Assembly: GCA_965116875.1 (NCBI GenBank)
Contig: OZ220733.1
Location: 1,504,001 to 1,568,000, forward strand
DNA: 64,000 nucleotides
Direction: 5' to 3'
Origin: Candidatus Latescibacterota bacterium
GTDB taxonomy: Bacteria; Latescibacterota; UBA2968; GCA-2709665
The notes beneath the pieces are model-generated. The model ran no database searches and was not told the origin of the DNA. It saw nothing but the letters and a program-made list of their open reading frames with translations. The translations under genes were made by a program, and so were the position numbers. Each line of letters begins with the position of its first letter. Within the stretch, counting starts at the first letter, position 1. Shown piece by piece: positions 19,725 through 30,139 of the stretch.

Positions 19725-21289
19725 ATGCATAGAGTCAATCGTCGCTCCGTTGTATCTTTCGGTTCAATCCTGCTCCTGGCGCTCGTCTTTCCCGTCATGG
19801 CCTGCGCAGGGGAAACCGCCACCGGTGATTCGGCAAACAGCTGGATACAGAGCAACCTTGCCGACCTGGACCGGCTCTTCGGAAACACGGTCGAACTTCT
19901 GGCGACGGTCCTCTTCGCATCGTTCGGCACCGGGATTCCGCTCATCGTCCTTGTGCTTCTGCTGGGCGGCATCTATTATTCGTTCTTCTTCGGATGGATT
20001 TCCCTGAAGGGGCTCCGCCATTCCATCGACGTCATCCGCGGCCGCTACGACAATCCGGACGATCCCGGAGAAATCTCGCACTTCCAGGCCCTCACCAGCG
20101 CGCTCTCGGCCACGGTCGGGCTCGGAAACATCGCCGGAGTCGCCATCGCCGTAAGTCTCGGCGGACCGGGCGCGATTTTCTGGATGCTCGTCACCGCGGT
20201 CTTCGGCATGTCATCCAAGCTCGCCTCCTGCACCCTGGCAGTCATGTACAGGAAGATACACCCCGACGGCCGCGTGTCGGGCGGGCCCATGTATTACCTT
20301 GAAAACGGCCTCAAATTGAAAGGCATGGGGGAGTTCGGACGCACACTGGCGGTCATGTTCGCCTTTCTGACCGTGGGGGGAAGCCTGGGCGGCGGCAATA
20401 TGTTCCAGGCCAATCAGACGCTGGAAATACTGGGCACCGTTTCGCCGGTCTTCAAGGACTACAACTGGCTGGTCGGCATCGTGCTGGCGGCCATGGTCGC
20501 CGTCGTGATTATCGGCGGAATCAGGCGGATCGGGCGCGTTCCTCCCGCGTGGTGCCCACCATGTGCCTGTTGTACGTCGCCACCTGCCTTCTGATCATCC
20601 TTGCCAACTTTACCCGAATTCCTGAAATGTTGGCTACCATCTTCAGCCAGGCCTTTTCGCCCCAGGCGCTCTACGGCGGCTTCATCGGCGTGCTGGTAAC
20701 CGGCATCCGGCGCGCCGCCTTCTCCAACGAAGCCGGCCTTGGATCCGCGGCGTTCGCGCACGCTGCGGCCAAAACCGACGAACCCGCCCGGGAGGGCATG
20801 GTCGCGATGATCGGGCCATTCATCGACACGATCATCATCTGTCTGATGACGGGGCTCGTCTGCCTGATCACGGGCGTCTACGCGGACCCGCAGTTCCTGG
20901 GCCAGGCCCAGCAGGGACAGCCGGTCGGCGCCGCGATGACGGCCGCTGCATTCGAAACCTTCATCCCGGGCGCCCGGCACGTGCTCGCCATCGCCGTCGT
21001 CCTTTTCGCCTATTCCACCATGATCTCCTGGTCCTACTACGGTGAGCGGGCATGGGAGTATCTCTTCGGTACGGGCACCATCCTCGTGTACCGCGTCATC
21101 TTCGTCGTGTTCGTCTTCCTCGGCGCCGTCACCGCACTCACGAACGTACTCAACTTCACCGACATGATGATCCTCGGAATGGCCTTCCCCAACATCATCG
21201 GCGGCGTGATCCTCAGCCCGCACATCAAGGCCACCCTCAATGAGTACTGGGGCCGGCTGAAATCCGGGCAGATGAAAGTGTATAAATAG
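19725..21289 (+). pseudogene. alanine/glycine:cation symporter (AGCS), split by a 1-nt frameshift at ~20541
   Basis: 5' ORF has ATVGLGNIAGVA, GGPGAIFWM, GGPMYY; 3' ORF has RAAFSNEAGLGS, PFIDT, WSYYGE; the two frames join at GTT^CCTCCCGC. Confidence 0.85.
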
Positions 21290-21304
21290 GAATGTCAGAC
21301 GTAT

Positions 21305-21342
21305 AAAAGAGGGGCGCTGCAAAACCGCAGCGCCCCTCTTTT
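21305..21342. terminator. bidirectional intrinsic terminator
   Basis: AAAAGAGGGGCGCTGC-AAAACC-GCAGCGCCCCTCTTTT perfect hairpin. Confidence 0.85.
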
Positions 21343-21351
21343 ATTGTTCGT

Positions 21352-21603
21352 GACCTACCTACCCCCTTCCTGAAGGAAGAAGGAAAAAGGAAGAAGGAAA
21401 AAGTAGCGGTAACTTTGACGTCTGTCACTTCTGCAATCGGACTCTCGCAAGAATCGAATGGAAGCGGATTGCTGAGGAGAGCGGAAAACCGGCGGCGCTT
21501 CCTTGTATATCAGAATGTCTATCAATGACCGGCACGCGACGTGTGCCTTTCCTCCCTCTCTCCCGGTGGGAGAGAGGGCCGGGGAGAGAGGTCGCTGACA
21601 GCT
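21352..21603 (+). repeat. ~250-bp composite repeat, longest copy
   Basis: left 150 nt match 59549-59698; right part matches 33-149 and 63383-63460. Confidence 0.85.
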
Positions 21604-21604
21604 C

Positions 21605-22579
21605 TTACACGTCGTCAATCGATACGGGTTCGCCGGTTTCGAGCGACCGGTTTACCGCCACCACAACCTCCTGGGTCTTCACGGCGTCGGAGTACGGGCA
21701 TCGGAGCTTCGATCCGTCGCCGGTGCGGACCGCCTCGATGAAGGCATTGTCCATTTCCTGCCAGAACGGGTTGCCGACCTCGAAATGCTCGGACCGGTCC
21801 CCCTGCACAACCGTAATGGATTTTCTCTCTTTGTATTCGATGACCATATCTTTCGTGAAGATGTCCAACCCGCCGCGATGGCCGCACGACATGAAACAGG
21901 CCGAAAAAAGCGTCGCCAGCGTTCCGTTCTCGAAGATCAACGTCGCCGCGCTCGCGTCCTCGATATCGTAGTCTTCCACGTCCGTCATCAACCCCGTACG
22001 GCCCCCCGCGAACACGGTTTTCACGTCACCGAATAGATAGCGCGCCATGTCCGTGACGTGAACCGTCTGCTCCACGGCCTGCCCGCCGGACAAATGCTTC
22101 CGGCGCCACCAGTAGGCGCCCGGCAGCCCCCCCATCCAGTACCCGATCGCCAGTCCGACCTGCCGGTCCGCAAGCAGGTCCCGCGTTCTGTCGATAATGT
22201 CCAGGTAGCGACCCTGAAAGCCCACGCAGGAGATCACCCCGTTCTCACGGATGGCCGCGTCCGCCTCCCGCGCCGTATCCATGCCCAGGCCGATCGGTTT
22301 CTCCACAAAAAGCGCGATCCCCTTCTCCGCGGCCAGGATTTCCTGCGTCTCGTGCGCAAACGGTGGGACGCAGACGTAGACCGCATCCAGCTCCACCTCG
22401 TTCAGCATGGACCTGTAGTCCGTGAACACGCCGGCGTTCCATTCCGCCGCGGCCTCGACGGCCTTCACCCGGTCCACGTCGCATACGGCCACGACCCTGA
22501 CGCCGTCAATTTGCTTCAAGTGCCGGCGATGCGCGCGTGAGATGTTCCCGGCGCCGATAAAGCCAACCTTCACCGTCAT
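21605..22579 (-). CDS. Gfo/Idh/MocA family oxidoreductase
   Basis: GFIGAGNI Rossmann motif, FVEKP, SGGQAVEQTVH. Confidence 0.9.
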   Translation of the reverse strand: MTVKVGFIGAGNISRAHRRHLKQIDGVRVVAVCDVDRVKAVEAAAEWNAGVFTDYRSMLNEVELDAVYVCVPPFAHETQEILAAEKGIALFVEKPIGLGMDTAREADAAIRENGVISCVGFQGRYLDIIDRTRDLLADRQVGLAIGYWMGGLPGAYWWRRKHLSGGQAVEQTVHVTDMARYLFGDVKTVFAGGRTGLMTDVEDYDIEDASAATLIFENGTLATLFSACFMSCGHRGGLDIFTKDMVIEYKERKSITVVQGDRSEHFEVGNPFWQEMDNAFIEAVRTGDGSKLRCPYSDAVKTQEVVVAVNRSLETGEPVSIDDV

Positions 22580-22617
22580 CGCAGATCCTTTACAGAATTG
22601 AAAGCGTCATCGGGTTG

Positions 22618-25392
22618 CTATTTCAACTCTTCCTTCAGCGCCCGGATCGTCTCCTCCAGCGCCTTCATCTCCCTGCCCGCCTGTTCCCAGTCCCACTGCT
22701 GCATCGCCGATCGCACGCGTGAGTAGTGCGCGTCCGCCTTTGCAGCCAGTTCGGCCGCGGAACGCCCTGTCCCCACTGCAACTTGCGTCGCCTGCCTCTC
22801 CTCTTCACTTTCCGCCAGGGTGGCGCCGACACCTTCTCCGAACAGGACCGTCAGCGCCTCCTCGAACGTTTTTCGCATCACCACCTGCCCGCCGAAGGCC
22901 ACGATCACCTGCTTCAGCTCAGGAATGGCCGTACTGCGTTCCTGCTGCCGCCTCTGCGGAGGCTGCCCCCCGGGTATCCCCTCCTCCTGCCCGTACGCCG
23001 GCTGGTCGGGCTCCTGCCTGGCCTGCAGATAGATGGGTTCGACGTAGATAAATGAGCTCTCCACCGGAATCGCCAGCAGGTTCCCGCGGATCACCTCCGA
23101 TCCGCGCTGCCCCCACAGTGTCAACTGGCTGGAGATGTCCGGCTGCTGGTCCACCCTCGCTTCGATCTGCATCGGACCGTAGATGAGCTTGTCCTTGGGA
23201 AGCTTGTACACCAGCAGGTGTCCGTAGTTATCACCGTCGGACCGCGCCGCGAGCCAGGCGATCATATTGTCTCTCTTTGCGGGCGTGAACGGCACCATCA
23301 GCAGGAATTCCTCCTGGCTCTCGCCCGGCAGCTTGACGATGATATAGTAAGGCAGCATCGGCTGCGGCTGGTCGCTGTAAATCTCGTTCGGGATCTCCCA
23401 GAGATCTTCCTGGTTGAAGAAGACGTTGACGTCTTCCATGTGATAATTCCGGTACATGGAGGCCTGCGCGTAAAACAGGTCGATTGGATACCTCACGTGC
23501 GCTCTCAATTTTTCCGGCATGGCGGACATCGGCTGGAACACGCCCGGGAACATCTCGCCATAGGATCGAATCAGCGGGTCTTCCCCATCCACCTGATAGA
23601 ACGTCACCGTGCCGTTGTAGGCATCGACCACCACTTTAACGGAGTTTCTGATATAGTTGATCCTCATGCGCCCCGATCGGGTGGAGTACGGATACATATC
23701 GGAAATCGTGTACGCATCCTGTATCCAGTAGAGCCGCCCTTCGGACGCCACGATATAGGGATCGGTGTCGTACATGAGAAAGGGAACCAGCGTCTGCACC
23801 CGTTCCCGGATCTGCCTGCGGAACATGATGCGGCTTTCGGGCAACATGTAACCGCTCAGCAGGAGGCTTACGTCCCAGAATCGAATGGCGAACGCCAGCC
23901 GATTGATGAAGCCGCCCGTGGGCACGCCCCCTGACCCCTCATAGGTGGAGTACTGGTTCTCATCGCCCTTCGGGTAGTCGAACTCCTGGATCCCGGTCTT
24001 CACCGCCACGTACGCGTAGGTTCTTTCGCCGTAATAGATCTCGGGTCGTTCCACCTCCAGCCCCGGATCCGAAATCGGCGGAATATCCTTGACCATGAAC
24101 GCCGGCAGGCCCTCCGGAGTGACGTGGTTGACCGGGCTGATGGTCACCCCGTATCCGTGGGTGTACTGCAGACGCTCGTTGACCCAGTTCCTCGCCTGGG
24201 ACGGCAGGCGGTTGGTATCCAGTTCCCTGGCGGACAGCATCACCTGACGGTATACGCCATCCACTGTATACCGGTCCACGTCCACGTTCGGGAATACGTA
24301 ATAGGGACGGATTTCCTGCACCTGCTGGTAGGTCTGCTTCAGGGGGCGTTCGTCCCAGATCCGGATATTTCGCATTGTCAGCGGGTTTGCCTGAATATCC
24401 GCCAGCGTCAGGTCCTCCGAGGCCTCGAACGGCTGCTCGACGATCCGGTCCAGCCCGTATGCCCGGTTGGTCGCTTCGATGTTGTACTTGATATAGGGTC
24501 CTTCACGGCGGAGTTCGCTCGGCTCCACCACAAGCTTCTGCACGACCGTGGCGGGCACGGCCCCCACGACGATCGTGCCGATGACCAGCACGCCGACACC
24601 CCTGAGCGGCAACCGGGAATTGGGCGATCTGACGTTCAGAAACAGGAAGACCGCCGCAGCCAGGAAGACGATCACCATCACCCAGAATGCCCAGATCTGA
24701 ACGTTGACGTCCACGTAACCGGCCCCGAAAAAACGCCCCTGCGAATACAGAAGGCCGTAGATCTTCAACCGGTACTTCCAGGCCAGCGCCAGGAGGAATA
24801 CCCCGCCCAATCCCGACAGGTGGGCCATGGGCCGTTCCTCCACCTCAAGCCCCTCCCGGATCCCGATGCCGCCCGCAGTTACATACATCACCACGACCAC
24901 GAGCGCCGACAACACCAGCGCCGCAATCAGATACCCGGACAGAAAGTCGTAAAACGGAAGCAGGAACACATAGAATCCCACCTCCTTATTGAAAATCGGA
25001 TCGACGGCGCCGAACGGCTGTTCATAGAGGTACCGCAGAAGAACCGGCCATTGGCTGGCGCCGATGTTGCCCAGGACGAACACCAGCACGACGCCGATGA
25101 GAATCCGGGCCTTTCCGGACTGCAGAACGCCTCCGGTTTCGCCCTCCACGCGCACCGCCCGCTGCGTTATCCTTCCGGCAATCCACAGGTTCACCCCCAC
25201 CACGACGGCCGCAATCGCGCCGAATAACATGCCCGATCCGAAGCGGGCGCGAATGATACGCCAGAAAACCGAATCGAATTCCAGGCTCCTGAACCAGAGC
25301 CAGTCCGTATAGTATGACACCAGAAAACTGATACCGAAGAACCCGCCAACCAGCACGCCAAGAACGATCCATCCCCTCGGACGACGATCCAT
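22618..25392 (-). CDS. UPF0182 family membrane protein
   Basis: DWLWF, DPIFNKEVGFY, NIRIWD, YTHGYG, NYIRNSVK, GNLLAIP. Confidence 0.93.
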   Translation of the reverse strand: MDRRPRGWIVLGVLVGGFFGISFLVSYYTDWLWFRSLEFDSVFWRIIRARFGSGMLFGAIAAVVVGVNLWIAGRITQRAVRVEGETGGVLQSGKARILIGVVLVFVLGNIGASQWPVLLRYLYEQPFGAVDPIFNKEVGFYVFLLPFYDFLSGYLIAALVLSALVVVVMYVTAGGIGIREGLEVEERPMAHLSGLGGVFLLALAWKYRLKIYGLLYSQGRFFGAGYVDVNVQIWAFWVMVIVFLAAAVFLFLNVRSPNSRLPLRGVGVLVIGTIVVGAVPATVVQKLVVEPSELRREGPYIKYNIEATNRAYGLDRIVEQPFEASEDLTLADIQANPLTMRNIRIWDERPLKQTYQQVQEIRPYYVFPNVDVDRYTVDGVYRQVMLSARELDTNRLPSQARNWVNERLQYTHGYGVTISPVNHVTPEGLPAFMVKDIPPISDPGLEVERPEIYYGERTYAYVAVKTGIQEFDYPKGDENQYSTYEGSGGVPTGGFINRLAFAIRFWDVSLLLSGYMLPESRIMFRRQIRERVQTLVPFLMYDTDPYIVASEGRLYWIQDAYTISDMYPYSTRSGRMRINYIRNSVKVVVDAYNGTVTFYQVDGEDPLIRSYGEMFPGVFQPMSAMPEKLRAHVRYPIDLFYAQASMYRNYHMEDVNVFFNQEDLWEIPNEIYSDQPQPMLPYYIIVKLPGESQEEFLLMVPFTPAKRDNMIAWLAARSDGDNYGHLLVYKLPKDKLIYGPMQIEARVDQQPDISSQLTLWGQRGSEVIRGNLLAIPVESSFIYVEPIYLQARQEPDQPAYGQEEGIPGGQPPQRRQQERSTAIPELKQVIVAFGGQVVMRKTFEEALTVLFGEGVGATLAESEEERQATQVAVGTGRSAAELAAKADAHYSRVRSAMQQWDWEQAGREMKALEETIRALKEELK

Positions 25393-25650
25393 ACTTGCTC
25401 CTTTTCCAATAACATGACGAAGTGATGATTTCCATCACAAGTAAACAAAAAAACCGCTTTCTGTCAGTAAAAACATTTTACGGCGGTGAGACGTAATCGG
25501 AAATAAGGAAAAAGGAAGAAGGGAGAAGGTAGAAAAGCGGGGAGAGGTCCGCGAGACGGAAACCTATTAATTGACATCCGGCGCCGGCTTTATCTTATTG
25601 TCCGTGTCGTTCATCTGCTTCAGCGGCCTGAGCTATACCAGGAGTGCGCC

Positions 25651-26439
25651 ATGTCTGAATTTCAGGAGAAAGTGGTTATCGTCACCGGCGGCGCCAAGGG
25701 CATCGGCAGCGGGATCTGCCTGGCATTCGCCCGCGAAGGCGCCCGCGTACTCTGCGCCGACGTGGACGTGGAGGCCGGGGAACGCCTGGCCGTCGAGAGC
25801 GGTTCTCTCCCCGGGCCTATCCGGTTTCAGGCGGCCGACGTGGCGCGGGACGACGCCTGCCGGGCGCTGGCGCGGACCGCTGTTTCCGAATGGGGCGGCG
25901 TGGACGTCCTCTGCAACAACGTTGGCGTCCAGCCCGTCAGCAGCTACCTGCCCGCCCATGAACTGCCGGAAGAGACGTGGGACCACATCCTCAATGTCAA
26001 CCTGAAGAGCGCTTTCCTGATGACCCGGCACTGCGTACCCGAAATGATCAAACGCGGAGGGGGCGTGATCATCAACACCGCCAGCGTCCAGGGGCTGCAA
26101 TCCACCAAAGGCGTCTGCGCCTACGCCGCCAGCAAAGGCGGCATCCTCTCCCTGACGCGGCAACTCGCCCTGGAATACGCGGAACACAACGTGCGCGTGC
26201 TGGCCGTCAACCCCGGCACCATCGACACACCGCTGGTGGATGAAGCCCTTCAGGCCATGGGCGGCGACGAAACGGAACATCGGGAACGCATGGGCCGGTC
26301 CCATCCCGTCGGCCGGATCGGCACGCCCGACGACGTCGCGAATGCCGTCCTGTTCCTGGCCAGCGAAAAAGCGTCCTTCATGACCGGCGAAAACGTCTGC
26401 GTAGACGGCGGGATGATGGCCAAAGGCGCATGGAGCTGA
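25651..26439 (+). CDS. SDR family oxidoreductase
   Basis: TGGAKGIG, YAASK, PGTIDT, VDGG. Confidence 0.93.
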   Translation: MSEFQEKVVIVTGGAKGIGSGICLAFAREGARVLCADVDVEAGERLAVESGSLPGPIRFQAADVARDDACRALARTAVSEWGGVDVLCNNVGVQPVSSYLPAHELPEETWDHILNVNLKSAFLMTRHCVPEMIKRGGGVIINTASVQGLQSTKGVCAYAASKGGILSLTRQLALEYAEHNVRVLAVNPGTIDTPLVDEALQAMGGDETEHRERMGRSHPVGRIGTPDDVANAVLFLASEKASFMTGENVCVDGGMMAKGAWS

Positions 26440-26469
26440 TCGCCCGGGTCCCGGTTCACAACCCCATCT

Positions 26470-26979
26470 ATGGATTTCCATCCGTTTATCGTCCACTTCC
26501 CCGTCGCGCTGCTCACCGTGGGCTTCTTCTGCGACGCCGCCGGCGTTCTGTTTCGCAGGGACCAGCTTCTCCGCACCGGATACTTCCTCCTGGTCCTGGG
26601 CGCCGTTTCGGCGATTGCCGCGTCGCTGACCGGAAACGCGGCTGAAGACGCGGCCGCGGAGATCCCCGGCATCGCCTCCGCGCTCGAACAACACGAATCC
26701 ATTTCCACCGCCGCCACGTGGCTCGCCATCGTGCTGGCCCTCCTCCGCACCCACCTCATCCTCAAGCGAAAGTTCGCGGGAACCGTTCGTTTCGTGTATC
26801 TCGCGGGGGCGGCGTCAACGGCTGTCCTCGTGGCCCTGAGCGGATATACGGGTGGCCGGATGACGTACGAATACGGTCCTGGCATCCGGCCCGTGATGGA
26901 ATCGCTCACGCGACCTAAAGACGAAGAAAAGGTAGAAGGAAAAAGGAAGAAGGAAAAAGGAAAATTCGAGAAGCGTTGA
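26470..26979 (+). CDS. DUF2231-like membrane protein
   Basis: HPFIVHFPVAL, HE, GYTGG motifs, 4 TM helices. Confidence 0.8.
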   Translation: MDFHPFIVHFPVALLTVGFFCDAAGVLFRRDQLLRTGYFLLVLGAVSAIAASLTGNAAEDAAAEIPGIASALEQHESISTAATWLAIVLALLRTHLILKRKFAGTVRFVYLAGAASTAVLVALSGYTGGRMTYEYGPGIRPVMESLTRPKDEEKVEGKRKKEKGKFEKR

Positions 26980-27019
26980 AAACTTTGAACGATGACACTC
27001 CCGCGCCGTCACTGAGACT

Positions 27020-27273
27020 GTAGGGGCGACCGGCCGGTCGCCCGCCCGCCTTGTCATTTTTTCTGGTTTTCCCTTTGTGTACCTTGGCGTCTTCGTGTTT
27101 CTGTATGAGGCCGGTTTCTTGCCTTTCCTCCCTCTTTCCTTTAGGAGAGAGGGCCGGGGAGAGAGGTCTGCGGGGCTGGGTAAGGCTTTTGATCTTGCCT
27201 TTCGTTTTTGATCCTGGCTTTGGTTTTCGCTCCTTGCCTTTAGCTGATGGCTGACGGCTGATAGCTGATCGCT
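27020..27273 (+). repeat. repeat mosaic (GTAG REP, CCCTCT palindrome, CTGAYRG run)
   Basis: GTAGGGGCGACCGGCCGGTCGCCC at 27020-27043; palindrome 27130-27168; periodic run 27242-27273. Confidence 0.75.
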
Positions 27274-27399
27274 GCTTCTGATGTACAGGATCATGCGTTT
27301 CGTTCTTGATCGGGCAACGGTTGTACCCTACCTTTCGGGACAGGCCTGCAGAGCGACTTTCTCAACGGACTGTGAACCCTCCCGGAAAGGTGAGCCCGA

Positions 27400-29754
27400 A
27401 TGCGCCACGCCGCACATCCCCCGTTCCGTACCGCCGTCGTTCTGGGCGCGGGCGTCATGGGATCGCAGATTGCCGCTCACCTGGCGAACGCCGGCCTGTC
27501 CGTCCATCTGATGGACCTTCCCGGCGAAGGGACGAACCGAAACGGGATTGCAGAAGGCGCGCTGAAGGGCCTCGAGCGCGTCAGCCCGGCCCCCCTCTTT
27601 ACGGAGGATACCGTCCGGCGCATTCGCCCCGGCAACATCGAAGACGACTTCAGCCGCGTGTCCGATGCGGACTGGATCATCGAGGCCGTCGTTGAGAAAC
27701 CCGACGTCAAACAACAGATGATGGCGCGCGTGGAAGCCGCCGCGAACAGCCGTGCCGTTATCTCCACCAACACCAGCGGCATTCCGATCCACCTGATCGC
27801 TCAGGGCCGGTCTCCGGAATTCAGGAGCCGGTTCCTGGGAACCCACTTCTTCAACCCTCCGCGCTACCTCAAGCTCCTCGAACTCATTCCCCTTCCTGAA
27901 ACCGATCCGGCCGCTGTGGAACGCGTCTCCCTGTTCGGCCGCGTACGGCTTGGCAAGGGTATCGTGGTCGCAAACGACACGCCCGGCTTCATTGGCAACC
28001 GCATCGGCGTGTACGCCATGATGCAGTGTATCCGGGCCTTTACGGAGGGCGGATACACGATCGAGGAGATAGACGCCCTCACGGGCCCCCTCCTGGGGCG
28101 CCCCAGGTCGGCCACGTTCAGAACCGCCGACGTTGTCGGGCTGGACACCCTCGTACACGTCGCCGAATACCTGTACAATGCCCTGCCGGAGGACGAAAGC
28201 CGCGACCGGTTCCAGATTCCCGGAGCGGTAACGCATCTTGTCGAAGACGGCGCCACCGGGGCCAAGGCGGGCAGGGGCTTCTACAGGAAAGAAGGCCGGG
28301 ACATCCTCTCGTTCAATCCCGTTACCCGCGCCTGGGAACCTCCCACGGAACAGAAACTGGGCGATCTCGAACCCATACGCAGCCAGCGGGAACTCTCCCC
28401 GCGCCTGCGCGACCTCTACGCGCACGAAGGGCGGGCGGGCGATTTCTTCCGGGGACATCTCCTGGAAACGCTGGGTTACGCCGCACGCCGCATCCCCGAA
28501 ATCACCGCGAATCCGGCAGACATTGACCGGGCCCTTCGCTGGGGATTCGGCTGGGAGGCCGGACCCTTTGAAACGTGGGATATCATCGGTTACGATACCG
28601 TCCTCGAAGATATGGCGGCCGAGAACATCCCCCTGCCCGCCTGGGTCGAGACCATGTCCGCGGCGGGGGCAAAGGGATTCCGCGACCGCTCACGGATCTA
28701 TCTGCCCGACCGCGGATACGCGCCGGATCCCGGAACGACGGATGACTTCGCTACGCCGGCGGTCCGCCCGGAGAAACAGCACGTCCGCTGGCAGAACGAG
28801 GAAGCCGCCCTGCTGGACCTGGGTGAGGATATCGCCCTCTTCGAATACCGCTCGAAGGCGAATTCCATGGGGGAATCGCTCGTACGCGGCCTTGTGGACG
28901 CGGTCGACATCGTCGAAGCGGGGAATTACCGGGGAATGGTCATCTGCAACAGGGGGAAAAACTTCTCCGTTGGCGCGAATCTGGGAGAAATGGTCGCGCA
29001 CGCGGAACAGAATCGCTTCGATCTGATGGACCGCCTCCTGGTCAACTTTCAAGGGATGATCCAGCGCGTCCACTACGCCGCCAAACCCGTCGTTGTCGCC
29101 ACCCACGGCCGCGTACTCGGCGGAGGTTGCGAACTCACGCTGGCCTGCGCCAGCCCGGTGGCCGCGGCGGAGTCCTACATCGGTCTTGTGGAACTCGCCG
29201 TGGGACTCATTCCCGGCGGCTGCGGCACCATGCGAATGGCGGCGATCTCGCACGAGTGCGCTCCGTCCGAACAGGACAGCCACATCCAGCCCTTTCTGAC
29301 GAGGGCCTTCGAAACGGTTGCGATGGCGAAGGTGTCCAACAGCGCCTGGCAGGCGCGGGAATACGGATTTCTGCCGCCCGGTTCGCCCATTGTCATGAAC
29401 CAGGACCACCGGCTCCAGGCCGCCCGCCAGGAGGTCCTGCGCCTTTCCGGCCAGGGGTACGCCCCGCCCCCGGTCCGCAACGCCATCCGGGTTCTCGGGC
29501 AACCGGCCCGGGCGCGGTTCGAGGTGACAACCTGGAATATGCTCCGGTCCGGATTCATCAGCGAATACGACCGATTTCTGGCCAACCGGTTCGCGTACGT
29601 GCTGACCGGCGGAGACCTTTCAGGCCCTGCCAACGTACACGAGGACTACCTTCTCGAACTGGAACGCGAAGTCTTCGTCGCCCTTACCGGCGAAGAGAAG
29701 ACGCGGGAACGGATCCACAGCATTCTGCGAACCAACAGACCCCTGCGAAATTGA
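27400..29754 (+). CDS. fadN: 3-hydroxyacyl-CoA dehydrogenase / enoyl-CoA hydratase fusion
   Basis: GAGVMG, TNTSGI, HFFNPPRY, PGFIGNR, C-terminal crotonase GANL and LGGGCE, ends PLRN. Confidence 0.9.
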   Translation: MRHAAHPPFRTAVVLGAGVMGSQIAAHLANAGLSVHLMDLPGEGTNRNGIAEGALKGLERVSPAPLFTEDTVRRIRPGNIEDDFSRVSDADWIIEAVVEKPDVKQQMMARVEAAANSRAVISTNTSGIPIHLIAQGRSPEFRSRFLGTHFFNPPRYLKLLELIPLPETDPAAVERVSLFGRVRLGKGIVVANDTPGFIGNRIGVYAMMQCIRAFTEGGYTIEEIDALTGPLLGRPRSATFRTADVVGLDTLVHVAEYLYNALPEDESRDRFQIPGAVTHLVEDGATGAKAGRGFYRKEGRDILSFNPVTRAWEPPTEQKLGDLEPIRSQRELSPRLRDLYAHEGRAGDFFRGHLLETLGYAARRIPEITANPADIDRALRWGFGWEAGPFETWDIIGYDTVLEDMAAENIPLPAWVETMSAAGAKGFRDRSRIYLPDRGYAPDPGTTDDFATPAVRPEKQHVRWQNEEAALLDLGEDIALFEYRSKANSMGESLVRGLVDAVDIVEAGNYRGMVICNRGKNFSVGANLGEMVAHAEQNRFDLMDRLLVNFQGMIQRVHYAAKPVVVATHGRVLGGGCELTLACASPVAAAESYIGLVELAVGLIPGGCGTMRMAAISHECAPSEQDSHIQPFLTRAFETVAMAKVSNSAWQAREYGFLPPGSPIVMNQDHRLQAARQEVLRLSGQGYAPPPVRNAIRVLGQPARARFEVTTWNMLRSGFISEYDRFLANRFAYVLTGGDLSGPANVHEDYLLELEREVFVALTGEEKTRERIHSILRTNRPLRN

Positions 29755-29885
29755 CTGTGATTCGTCATTCTTCGGGGACGCAGAACCGATTATTCGCAAG
29801 TAGATTCAGGCGATTTGACTTCGGATTTCCAGCACTGCCGTCCAGGAAAGGAACCGATTCGGGACCAGTGTGACTGGCGTTCCCG

Positions 29886-30033
29886 GGAGCGAGGGCATCC
29901 TGCCCTCGACGTCGGATAACTCGTCGCTCACGGTGTTTTCCGCGAACCGGCATCGGGTATAATGGACGCGTCAGTCCCTCGACGCGAATCGAAGTAGGCG
30001 ACGCGAAGTTCGAGGGCAGGATGCCCTCGCTCC
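29886..30033. repeat. REPIN-like inverted REP doublet
   Basis: GGAGCGAGGGCATCCTGCCCTCG (29886-29908) and exact reverse complement (30011-30033). Confidence 0.85.
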
Positions 30034-30139
30034 GGTTACAGGTGGATCGTGTCGTGCTAGCGGTTGGAAAGGACGATATTGGGAAGGTGTAGTTGACCAG
30101 GAACCTTCCGTTCACCGGACGTGAGAGGTGCAGCCCCCC

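Noticed and set aside
25571-25600. Sigma70 promoter at TTGACA upstream of the SDR gene
   Set aside because: Candidate -10 hexamers lie at 14 or 19 bp spacing, so it is not supportable from sequence alone.
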